Source: Bacteroidales bacterium
GTDB taxonomy: Bacteria > Bacteroidota > Bacteroidia > Bacteroidales > WCHB1-69
Length of the DNA: 64,000 nucleotides
NCBI GenBank assembly: GCA_016285145.1
Contig: JAEEQE010000009.1
Span: forward strand, 13,304-77,303
Reading direction: 5' to 3'
The translations under genes were made by a program, and so were the position numbers. Each line of letters opens with the position of its first letter. Position 1 is the stretch's first letter. Shown in pieces: positions 9,679-17,978 of the stretch. The notes under the pieces were generated by a model. It was not told the origin of the DNA and made no database searches. It saw nothing but the letters and a program-made list of their open reading frames with translations.

Positions 9679-10119
9679 TCAGTAATGACCTAGAATCTCG
9701 TTTAGCAGTCCCTCACAGCCCTCTTGAACATCATCCCAGGTGGCTTGGAAGTTGCCAGTGTACCAGGGAACGGCCACGTCGCGCGGCGTGCTGGTGTAGT
9801 CCATCAGCAATGAAATCTTGCCGTCCACATCCGGTCCCACAATCCGCTGCATGTTCCGCAGGTTGTTCCGGTCCATCGCAATGATGTAATCATAATAGTC
9901 GTAGTCGGTGTGCGTCATCTGTCGGGCGGTCTTGCCTGCACAGGAGATCCCGTGCGCCTGCAATTTCCTGCGGGCGGGCGGATATGTGGGATTGCCGGTC
10001 TCCTCCCGGCTTGTGGCAGCGGAGGTGATCTCAAACTGCGCGGAAAGCCCCCGTTCCGTTACCTTCTGCTTCAGCACAAATTCGGCCATCGGACTTCGGC
10101 AGATGGTGTTGTGGCACAC
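9679..10119 (-). CDS. Low-molecular-weight protein-tyrosine phosphatase
   Basis: P-loop CHNTICRSPMAE (CX5R-S) and the DPYY-like C-terminal region (VPWYTG). The only available start is a GTG immediately before the catalytic Cys. Confidence 0.8.
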   Translation of the reverse strand: MCHNTICRSPMAEFVLKQKVTERGLSAQFEITSAATSREETGNPTYPPARRKLQAHGISCAGKTARQMTHTDYDYYDYIIAMDRNNLRNMQRIVGPDVDGKISLLMDYTSTPRDVAVPWYTGNFQATWDDVQEGCEGLLNEILGHY

Positions 10120-10233
10120 AGTGAGAATTCGGAACGTGTTTGTTTATATATATAAATGAAAAGGAAGATTTTTAATCGAAGCGAAATAATACAACAACTC
10201 TCAGAAAGAAAGGAATGTATGCGACATTTTTCC

Positions 10234-10241
10234 TATTTTTG
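10234..10241 (+). promoter_or_regulatory. -7 promoter box (TATTTTTG)
   Basis: Exact TAnnTTTG, 22 nt upstream of ATG 10263. Confidence 0.55.
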
Positions 10242-10262
10242 CACCCCCAATTCAATAAGTCT

Positions 10263-13262
10263 ATGAGAAATTTCTACATTCCGATTATCGCCATCATCCT
10301 GTGTTTTTGTCCGATGATGACCCCTGCAGCGCCAGTGGATTCCCTTACCGCCAAGAATATCGCTATGAACTTCGTGAACACCCGTGCTTCTGTTCGGGAT
10401 GGCCAACAGGTGCATAGAGTGTCCACAACGTTCCCGCATCTTTTTGTGTTCAACGTGGAGGGTGGTGGATTCGTGGTGGTGAGCGGCGATGACCGCACAC
10501 GCCCTGTGCTGGCCTATTCCGAAACCGGCAGTTTTGATCCCACCGGAATGCCCGATGCCGTTGCCGGATGGCTCTCCCGCTATGAGGAGCAATTGGTCGC
10601 TTTGGCTGGCGGGGCTGAGGCATACGATTATCATCCTATCCGGAACGACCGAGCTGTGAGCCCGCTTATTTCTACCCGTTGGCACCAGTATTCCTCTAAT
10701 GGGAACAGCTATAACGCCCTGTGTCCGGTGGATTCCACGTTGCCCCAAATGGGCGGACATCCCTCGGTAGGTTGTGTGGCATTGGCTTTGGGACAGGTGA
10801 TGCGCTATTGGCAGTGGCCGTTGCAGGGCAGAGGTTCCCGTTCTTACTCCTTGGCATCCTCCAATCCTTGCTGGCATTACGACACCTTGTCGGCAAATTT
10901 CGGTGCCACCACCTATGACTGGAACAATATGCCCGTGGTTCTCACCGACACCAACCCCTTGGCCGAGCGCACGGCGGTAGCCACCTTGCTATACCACTGC
11001 GGCGTGGCCATAGGCATGAACTATAATAGCGACTGCCAAGGAAGCAGCTCCGCCTTGACCTCGTCCCAGTATTATGCGGCCACGCGCTATTTTGGATATT
11101 CAAGCTCAGCAACCCTTTGCGAAAGAGAAAACTATTCAGACAATCAGTGGAAAGCCATGCTCAAGAACGACCTTGACAATCAAATTCCTGTCCTATATTC
11201 AGGGAGTTCCTATTATGATCCTGTCAATGGCACGTACTCCTCCGCACACGCCTTCATCATCGACGGTTACGACAATGATGACTACTTCCACGTGAATTGG
11301 GGATGGGGAGGGGCTTATGATGCCTATTATGCCATGGAAGCACTGACACCCGCTTATTATAATTACTCGCACGATGAGACTGTTATTTTCGGACTTGTAC
11401 CTGCCGTTGCCGGCAATCCGCCGTTCACAGACTTGTTGCAACCAACCGTTCTTGACACCACCCACGTGCAGAAGGGCGGCGTGTTGGGCGGCCACAACCT
11501 AATGGTGAATATCGGTGACACTACTGACAGTTTTTTCGTTGGCCAGGCCATCATCGAAAATCTCAGTCAGCAGTTCGTGAAATGGCTGGATGTACAGCAT
11601 CTTTCCATCGCTGCTGGTGACACGCTGCAATACTCCTTCCAGCGCACGGTTGACTTGCCCGTGGGCAGCTATTACGTGATGATGTACCGCAGCGCCGACA
11701 CTATAGATATTAATGCCCCTAATACGCTGGGCTCCATGCAATTCCCGGCACGTTTCCATACGGATATTGATTTTTGGGTGGTGGACAGCAACAGGTCGGA
11801 ACTTACAAACTTGGTGATTTTCATCCGTTTTGCCGATGATGGACAAATTGATCATGATTTTGCCCAAATCGACTCCATGTTCAACGACAAAACACCGGGC
11901 TTCCTGAGCGTGTATAACTTCTTCGATGCCATGTCATACGGCAAAATAAAATACGTTACGAAGTATGCCAACCAAGTATATGGGAACCGGATAATCGCAT
12001 ACAGGGATCCCCATCCACGAGGCTATTACGAACCCTACAGCGACGCCAATCCGGATGGCTACCACGGTCCGAATCCCTTTGTAGGCATATCCATGCGCGA
12101 GGCACAGCTGCTGGCCGCCGCCATGGATTATGTCAACACTAACGGGTTGGTGGATAAGTACGTGACCTTGGATGGCGATGGAGACGGTATTATTGACAAT
12201 ATCAGCTTCATTGTGAAGGGAGGCACTGGGGCTTGGGCAAGCATCCTCTGGCCGCACATGGAGTATTTTCCCCATGATTCCATCGATTATCCTGTCCGCA
12301 TCAATGGGATGAAACCCAATACATTCAATTTCGAGTTTGAGGGCGCATCCCCTTCTCTTTTCTCTGCCAATGTCTTCCGGCATGAGATGGGACATTCGCT
12401 CAATATGCCCGACCTGTACCATTATACGAACTACTCGGACGTTGACCCTGCAGGTTTCTGGGATATGATGTGCTACAACTACGCGCCGAATCATACCAAT
12501 ATGATGTTCAAATCCAAGATTCTGAAGGTGGCGGATGAGCCTGTGGAGATTACGGAGGATGGGGATTACACCTTGTTGAGCAACGCATCCTCTCCTACGC
12601 AGAGTTGCTATTATATTCGTTCCGCCATTGATCCTACCCAGTGGTTCACGTTTGAATATCGTAACCAGGCCGACCTGTTTGAAGAGGGTATTCCCGGCAC
12701 GGGGCTGATTGTCGGACGATGGAACGACACGGTTCCGCTGAACTATGACGGCATGTTCGCCAATGCCTTTTTCGATTATGAGCATCAGGCGCACCAATAC
12801 TGGATTTTCCGTCCCGGCAGCAATTGTGACACGGTGAACGGTGACATCAACAGGGCGCATTTTTGTGCGGCGGAAGGTCGCACCTCCTTCGGCCCCACCA
12901 CGGATCCGTATCCCTATCTGACGGACGGCACGCCGGAGCAGAGCTTTGAAATCACGAATATACAAGAAAACGGGAGCAATCTTACATTCCATGTACACTT
13001 TTTCAACAGCGGCGTTCACGATGCGACTTTGGCAGAGGATGTACGCGTGTATCCCAATCCGGCATCCGATCAGCTTACCATTTCAGGTTCTGATTTGCAG
13101 CGTGTTGAAATATATAACCTTACCGGGCAACTTTTGATGACAGAAAGTTGTAGCCAAGACCAAACCAGAATTTCCATCGGGCAAATGCCGTCAGGAATGC
13201 TGCTGATGAAGGTTGTGCGCAACGATGGCTCGATGTGCGTTCGGAAGGTGGTGAAACGTTAG
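10263..13262 (+). CDS. Fused C10 (streptopain-like) cysteine peptidase / M6-like (immune inhibitor A-like) metallopeptidase with T9SS C-terminal domain
   Basis: - Signal peptide: MRNFYIPIIAIILCFCPMMTPAAP.
- Spi-like propeptide: AKNIAMNFV..FVFNVEGGGFVVVSGDDRTRPVLAYS.
- C10 core: TRWHQ...GCVALALGQVMRYWQWP, with AHAFIIDGY..HVNWGWGG.
- Zinc motif: FRHEMGHSLNMPDLY (HExxH at 12381-12395).
- Terminal T9SS CTD: VRVYPNPASDQLTI...GMLLMKVVRNDGSMCVRKVVKR. Confidence 0.8.
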   Translation: MRNFYIPIIAIILCFCPMMTPAAPVDSLTAKNIAMNFVNTRASVRDGQQVHRVSTTFPHLFVFNVEGGGFVVVSGDDRTRPVLAYSETGSFDPTGMPDAVAGWLSRYEEQLVALAGGAEAYDYHPIRNDRAVSPLISTRWHQYSSNGNSYNALCPVDSTLPQMGGHPSVGCVALALGQVMRYWQWPLQGRGSRSYSLASSNPCWHYDTLSANFGATTYDWNNMPVVLTDTNPLAERTAVATLLYHCGVAIGMNYNSDCQGSSSALTSSQYYAATRYFGYSSSATLCERENYSDNQWKAMLKNDLDNQIPVLYSGSSYYDPVNGTYSSAHAFIIDGYDNDDYFHVNWGWGGAYDAYYAMEALTPAYYNYSHDETVIFGLVPAVAGNPPFTDLLQPTVLDTTHVQKGGVLGGHNLMVNIGDTTDSFFVGQAIIENLSQQFVKWLDVQHLSIAAGDTLQYSFQRTVDLPVGSYYVMMYRSADTIDINAPNTLGSMQFPARFHTDIDFWVVDSNRSELTNLVIFIRFADDGQIDHDFAQIDSMFNDKTPGFLSVYNFFDAMSYGKIKYVTKYANQVYGNRIIAYRDPHPRGYYEPYSDANPDGYHGPNPFVGISMREAQLLAAAMDYVNTNGLVDKYVTLDGDGDGIIDNISFIVKGGTGAWASILWPHMEYFPHDSIDYPVRINGMKPNTFNFEFEGASPSLFSANVFRHEMGHSLNMPDLYHYTNYSDVDPAGFWDMMCYNYAPNHTNMMFKSKILKVADEPVEITEDGDYTLLSNASSPTQSCYYIRSAIDPTQWFTFEYRNQADLFEEGIPGTGLIVGRWNDTVPLNYDGMFANAFFDYEHQAHQYWIFRPGSNCDTVNGDINRAHFCAAEGRTSFGPTTDPYPYLTDGTPEQSFEITNIQENGSNLTFHVHFFNSGVHDATLAEDVRVYPNPASDQLTISGSDLQRVEIYNLTGQLLMTESCSQDQTRISIGQMPSGMLLMKVVRNDGSMCVRKVVKR

Positions 13263-13265
13263 CGA

Positions 13266-14672
13266 CTACTGGCCGAAGCTGGACCCGTCGAAACAGTGGG
13301 TGCAGATGCGGTCTTTGGGTAGGCCGAGTGCTTTGGAAATGGTGGACAGCTTGTTGAATTTCAACGTGTCCACGCCGAGGTGCTGGCGGATGCGTTCCAC
13401 AAGGTTGGCATATTGCGGAGTGGTGTCATCGCAATAGAGATGCAGGTTTTTGGTGCTGTCGCCCTCCAACTCCTCAACCACCCGACGGGTTATCAGTTCC
13501 ATTTCTGTTTTGGATGCGGAAAAGTTCAGGAAATGGCAGCCGTAGAGCAGCGGCGGACAACTAATGCGGATGTGGACCTCTTTGGCCCCATACTCGTAGA
13601 GCTTGCGTACGTTGTCGCGCAACTGTGTGCCGCGCACAATGGAGTCGTCGCAGAAGACAATCCGCTGGCCCTCCAGGATTTTCGTGTTGGGCAGCAGTTT
13701 CATGCGGGCCACATGCTCGCGGGTTTCCTGATTGACGGGCATAAAGCTCCTTGACCAGGTGGGCGTGTATTTGATGATGCCTCGGCGGTAGGGTATCTGC
13801 TTGCCCATGGCGTAGCCTAAGGCCATGCCGATGCCGGAGTCGGGGATGGCGGACACGAAATCGGCTTCCACATCGTCCTCGCGGCCCATCTCGTAGCCGT
13901 ACATGTATCGTGTATTCTCCACATTCACACCTTCATATTCGGCGGATGGATACCCGTAGTAAATCCACAGGAAAGAGCATATCTGCATCTTCTCATTGGG
14001 AGCCAGCAGCTGCTCGTACCCGTTGGCAGTCACCTTGACAATCTCGCCCGGACCCACAAAACGTTCGATGGCGTAGTCCAGATTGGCGAAACTGTGGCTG
14101 TCGAAGGCGAGCGCGTAGCCGGAGCTTTTCTTGCCGATGACGATGGGCGTGCGCCCGTAATAGTCGCGGGCGGCGATGATACCGTCGTTGGTCAGTATCA
14201 GCATGGAACAGGACCCCTTGACCTTGCGATAGACATTCTGGATGCCGTCCACAAAGCTTTTGCCCTGCGTGATCATCAGGGCGACGAGCTCGGTGGGGTT
14301 GGTGGTGCCGGAACTCAACTCGGTGAACTGCTGGTTCTTGTTGAGGCATTCCTGCTCCAATTCTGCTATATTGTTGATTTTAGCCACCGTGACAATGGCG
14401 AAACGGCCCAGATGGGAGTTCACCACGATAGGTTGTGCGTCCGTGTCGCTTATGACCCCGATGCCGAGGGTTCCCCTGAATTTGTCCAGGTCTTCGCCGA
14501 ACTTGGTCCGGAAGTAGGAGTTCTGGATGTTGTGGATGGAACGATGGAAGAGATTGTCCTCAAGGGTTACCATACCGGCGCGTTTCGTGCCGAGGTGGGA
14601 ATGGTAGTCTATGCCATAAAAAAGGTCGGGATTGCAAGGTCCGTTAGAGACAACACCGAAAAAACCGCCCAT
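13266..14672 (-). CDS. Amidophosphoribosyltransferase-like protein (PurF family) lacking the N-terminal Cys nucleophile
   Basis: Ntn-amidotransferase-like N-domain plus a PRTase domain with PRPP loop IVFCDDSIVRGTQL. The N-terminus is MGGFFG rather than MCG, and the frame is closed by TAA two codons upstream. Confidence 0.75.
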   Translation of the reverse strand: MGGFFGVVSNGPCNPDLFYGIDYHSHLGTKRAGMVTLEDNLFHRSIHNIQNSYFRTKFGEDLDKFRGTLGIGVISDTDAQPIVVNSHLGRFAIVTVAKINNIAELEQECLNKNQQFTELSSGTTNPTELVALMITQGKSFVDGIQNVYRKVKGSCSMLILTNDGIIAARDYYGRTPIVIGKKSSGYALAFDSHSFANLDYAIERFVGPGEIVKVTANGYEQLLAPNEKMQICSFLWIYYGYPSAEYEGVNVENTRYMYGYEMGREDDVEADFVSAIPDSGIGMALGYAMGKQIPYRRGIIKYTPTWSRSFMPVNQETREHVARMKLLPNTKILEGQRIVFCDDSIVRGTQLRDNVRKLYEYGAKEVHIRISCPPLLYGCHFLNFSASKTEMELITRRVVEELEGDSTKNLHLYCDDTTPQYANLVERIRQHLGVDTLKFNKLSTISKALGLPKDRICTHCFDGSSFGQ

Positions 14673-14838
14673 AATTTATTGAGTATTAAAAGATTAATAA
14701 ATAAATCCGATAGGATATGGAACGGGTGCAATAATACGATTTTTGCTTTTTACAGCCTTTTCAAAAAACAGGAAGTTATTACCGATTTATGAACAATGGG
14801 CGGAGAGCCCATGCGAAGACCGTGGAAAATATGAAAAA

Positions 14839-14863
14839 GGGCGGACATTTTAATTTCCGCCCC
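14839..14863 (-). terminator. Rho-independent terminator (bidirectional hairpin GGGCGGA/TCCGCCC)
   Basis: A 7-bp GC stem is followed on the minus strand by a T-tract (forward AAAAA 14834-14838), 41 nt downstream of the stop at 14904. Confidence 0.6.
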
Positions 14864-14903
14864 ATATAAGTTTTTGGAAAGATCTTAGATTTGCGTCAAA
14901 ACA

Positions 14904-15377
14904 TTATTTTTTTACCCCGGTACCGTCGCAAGAATAACAATATTTTTTACCAAGACCGTCGCAGCTGGAACATCTTCGATCATTATAATTCCAGCCACTT
15001 CCTTTGCAACTACTGCAAATAGTATATCCTTTTCCAGCACATGAACCGCATAATTTCGTGTCTCGCTCTTCTATCGGTTTGTAAATGCCATTGCTTTCGT
15101 TGGCATATTCGATTTCTTCATCAAGGGCTATATGCCAGCCTTTGTTTTTCTGAATCCAAATCGTGCTGCCATGTTTTAAGGCCTGGCTTTCATAGTATCC
15201 GACCGGTCCGGAAATAACCCTCACCTGTGCGGCAGTGCGCTCGTTGTTAAGTCTTTCCACAATACCGTAAAGAAGACCGTTATTATGGCTTACGCAGACC
15301 TGGTCCCCCTCATGCCACTTGCTCATATCCATTCCTTTTGCAATATTGCTCTCGCGGGAAGGCAAGTTACTTTTCAT
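14904..15377 (-). CDS. Small protein with N-terminal SH3/Tudor-like region and C-terminal DnaJ-type CR zinc finger (4x CxxCxGxG)
   Basis: The C-terminus reads CGSCAGKG..CSSCKGSG..CSSCDGLG..CYSCDGTG. There is no J-domain. Confidence 0.6.
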   Translation of the reverse strand: MKSNLPSRESNIAKGMDMSKWHEGDQVCVSHNNGLLYGIVERLNNERTAAQVRVISGPVGYYESQALKHGSTIWIQKNKGWHIALDEEIEYANESNGIYKPIEERDTKLCGSCAGKGYTICSSCKGSGWNYNDRRCSSCDGLGKKYCYSCDGTGVKK

Positions 15378-15390
15378 TTTAGAATCTCAA

Positions 15391-15418
15391 AATTTATAAC
15401 ATGCAATTTATAACATGC
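15391..15418. repeat. Perfect tandem duplication of a 14-mer (AATTTATAACATGC x2) just upstream of the zinc-finger gene
   Basis: Read directly: 15391-15404 equals 15405-15418. It lies 14-41 nt upstream of ATG 15377. Confidence 0.9.
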
Positions 15419-15570
15419 AGACTTCCGATGCAGATTAGTTTCGACAGTAAAGCATAAAGACCACAAAAAGCGCGGGGGTCGGATTCTAACGCTTTTTCAG
15501 GTGTGTCTCCCGTCCGAGCCCCGTCAAGGTCTCATCGCACGTTTGACGCTGCAAAGCGTAAGGATTTTTT

Positions 15571-16824
15571 CTAATACCCAAACAGGGCTTCCGCTTGTTT
15601 CATGCGCTCGCGCACGGGCACACTGAAGGGGCAGCGTTCCTCGCACGCGCCGCATTCCACACACTCGCCCGCGTGATGCGCCAGCTGCTTGTACTCCGCA
15701 GCTAACTGGGCGGAAAGACCGTCTTTTTGAGCCTCGTCGTAGAGCTCGTTCACCTTGGCGATGTCAATGCCGACGGGACAGGGGGCGCAGTGCTTGCAGT
15801 AAGTGCAGCCACCCGTGCCGGCCTCCGCCTGCGCCGTCTGACGGTTCAGCACGGCGTTATAGTCTTTTTCCTCCTCGGTGGCTTTCAGATAATGCAGGTA
15901 TTCGTCCAATTTGTTGGCGTTGTCGGCGCTGCAGAAACTCACAGCCACACAGGGTTTTGCCAACGCGTAGGCCACGCACTGGTCGCGGGTGAGGGCCACC
16001 TTCAGCGGCGACTTCTCCGCATCCAACAGACGGTCGCCGCCACCGTAGGCTTTCATGACCGTAATGGCGATGTTGTGCTGGGCGCAGTAGTCGTACAATT
16101 CCACACGCACTGGGTCGATGCCGGGCAGCATGTTATTGAATGTTTCCGGATCCCACGGGCTTTTCCCCGACAGCACACGGTCGAAGGCGGGGTTGAGGCT
16201 GAACATGATCACCTCCACCAGCCCGCTTTTGGCAATGGCGAGGGCTACCTCGGCGTTGTGGCTGCTCACACCGATATGTTTGATTTTGCCCTGTGCTTTC
16301 AGGTCTTTTACATATTGCAGATAATCACTGCCTTGTACAGCCTTCCAGTCTTCCATCTTGTCGAAGATGTGCATCATGCCTATATCTATATAGTCGGTGT
16401 TCAGGCGTGTGAGCAGATCTTCGAAGCCTTTTTTGCACTTGTCCACGTCGCGGGTGCGTTCGTAGCTGTCGCCGTTCCACCAGCAGCCGATGTGGCCTTG
16501 GATGATCATCTCCTTGCGGCGGTCGCCGAGGCCGTAGCCGATGTTGCTGCGCACCTTGGGGTTGGCATCGTACAGGTCCATGCAGTTCATGCCGCGGTCG
16601 AGGGCGGCGGTGACCAGCTCGCGGGAGGTGGCGGAGTCGATCTCGTCGAAGCCGCCGCAGCCGAGGCCGATGACCCCCACGCGCAGGCCTGTGCTGCCTA
16701 ACGTGCGGTATTCCATGTCGGGGTTCTCCTTGAAAGTGTTGCTCTTGCTGTTGCAGGCGGTCAGCAGAAGCACCGCGCACACGATGGCGAGGCACGGCAG
16801 TAGAATGGTGTGGATCTTTTTCAT
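15571..16824 (-). CDS. Aldo/keto reductase fused to a C-terminal 4Fe-4S ferredoxin-type domain, with in-frame lipoprotein-like signal peptide
   Basis: AKR core begins MEYRTLGSTGLRVGVIGLGCG. C-terminal cysteine clusters are CTYCKHCAPCP and CVECGACEERCP. ATG 16824 gives MKKIHTILLPCLAIVCAVLLLTAC (lipobox). The track's extension to 16959 overlaps the neighbouring gene and was rejected. Confidence 0.75.
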   Translation of the reverse strand: MKKIHTILLPCLAIVCAVLLLTACNSKSNTFKENPDMEYRTLGSTGLRVGVIGLGCGGFDEIDSATSRELVTAALDRGMNCMDLYDANPKVRSNIGYGLGDRRKEMIIQGHIGCWWNGDSYERTRDVDKCKKGFEDLLTRLNTDYIDIGMMHIFDKMEDWKAVQGSDYLQYVKDLKAQGKIKHIGVSSHNAEVALAIAKSGLVEVIMFSLNPAFDRVLSGKSPWDPETFNNMLPGIDPVRVELYDYCAQHNIAITVMKAYGGGDRLLDAEKSPLKVALTRDQCVAYALAKPCVAVSFCSADNANKLDEYLHYLKATEEEKDYNAVLNRQTAQAEAGTGGCTYCKHCAPCPVGIDIAKVNELYDEAQKDGLSAQLAAEYKQLAHHAGECVECGACEERCPFSVPVRERMKQAEALFGY

Positions 16825-16895
16825 TGTATTTTTTTTGATGAAACAATTTGCAGAAATATGAGAACATAATGTGCGGGTTTCCCGATGTGGTTGCA

Positions 16896-17978
16896 CTAAA
16901 TCTTCCGGCCGACTTTCTTGAGCAGTCGCCGTACCTTGCTGTTCCGTTTGACCAACCACTCCTCAATCATCTCGTTTTCGTCCATGGGAGTTTCCAGAAT
17001 CTCTTTTTTGCGCCTTTTTAATTGATGAAAACGAAGATAGGTTCCTATATGGCGGCTCTTCTTGTCATGGTAGATTTCATCGAACGGAATAAGTACAGCC
17101 GTGTCTTCGATGTTGTGCATCAGGCGGTTCACCGCCGTGCCGAACATGAGCATCTGGGAGGTGATGGAGATATAGGCCGTCATGTTCGGCGGAACGTTCA
17201 CACCCCTCATTCGGGCCGCCGCCTTAAGCAGTTTGTAGTCTTCTAACAGGTCGTCCTTGTTCAAAATCAGATCCATCAGTTCGGGGTCGGAATCCGGCAT
17301 TATCGCATAGTCGTCCCATGGGCGGATAAGCTCCTCCTTGTCTCCGAAATGCTTCCAGAGGAAATGGTAGATCAAGTCTTTGGCGATATGGTCGTATGAA
17401 GGATACAGGGTTATTTTCCCAAAGAAGTAGAGCAGTCTGGGGTATTTCATGATAATGGCCACGAGTCCATCCCACAGGTTGTCGAAGGCGAAAATGGATT
17501 TTGCGCCATTCTTGGAACTCTGGTACTCCGGAGCCACAAAGTTGCGGCCAAGCTCCAGAACGTGCGGCAGGTACTCGTCGATGAATTTCTGGGAAAAGTG
17601 GAACTGATGGGCACTTGCCATTATAGGCTGGCCCTTTTCGTCAAACGTCGCTTCGGAACCGAATAGGAAGCGGTACCCTCCGATTATCGCTTCGTTGTCC
17701 GGATCCCAGACAATCAGCTGTTTGTAAGGATTCTCCATCTTGTCGTATTCATCCAGATCTATGTCTTTGCCCGTGGAACCGCCGGCCTCGCGGAAGGTCA
17801 GCTCACGCAGTCGGCCGATCTCGGTGACAACATTGGGGGAGTCCTGCCAGGTGACGATGTAAAGCTCGTTGTGCCCCTTGTTGGTGTCTTCCAGCTTCTT
17901 GGATTTGGTGAGTTCTGCCTTGAGCAGTTCTACCGGTACAGGATCTATTATTTTTTTCATAATGTTAGAAAAGGTCAA
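16896..17978 (-). CDS. glsB: GNAT-fold N-acyltransferase (OlsB/hemolysin-like), probable glycine-lipid N-acyltransferase
   Basis: Size, the family-typical N-terminus (..ELLKAEL...NELYIVT..PNV..EIGRLRE.TFR) and a 4-nt overlap with a lysophospholipid-acyltransferase gene match the Bacteroidales glsB-glsA arrangement as I recall it. Confidence 0.6.
   Translation of the reverse strand: MTFSNIMKKIIDPVPVELLKAELTKSKKLEDTNKGHNELYIVTWQDSPNVVTEIGRLRELTFREAGGSTGKDIDLDEYDKMENPYKQLIVWDPDNEAIIGGYRFLFGSEATFDEKGQPIMASAHQFHFSQKFIDEYLPHVLELGRNFVAPEYQSSKNGAKSIFAFDNLWDGLVAIIMKYPRLLYFFGKITLYPSYDHIAKDLIYHFLWKHFGDKEELIRPWDDYAIMPDSDPELMDLILNKDDLLEDYKLLKAAARMRGVNVPPNMTAYISITSQMLMFGTAVNRLMHNIEDTAVLIPFDEIYHDKKSRHIGTYLRFHQLKRRKKEILETPMDENEMIEEWLVKRNSKVRRLLKKVGRKI

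Noticed and set aside
16825-16959. 45-codon extension of the AKR ORF (MVGQTEQQGTATAQESRPEDL...).
   Set aside because: It overlaps the 3' end of the N-acyltransferase gene and precedes a perfect MKK-signal-peptide start at 16824.
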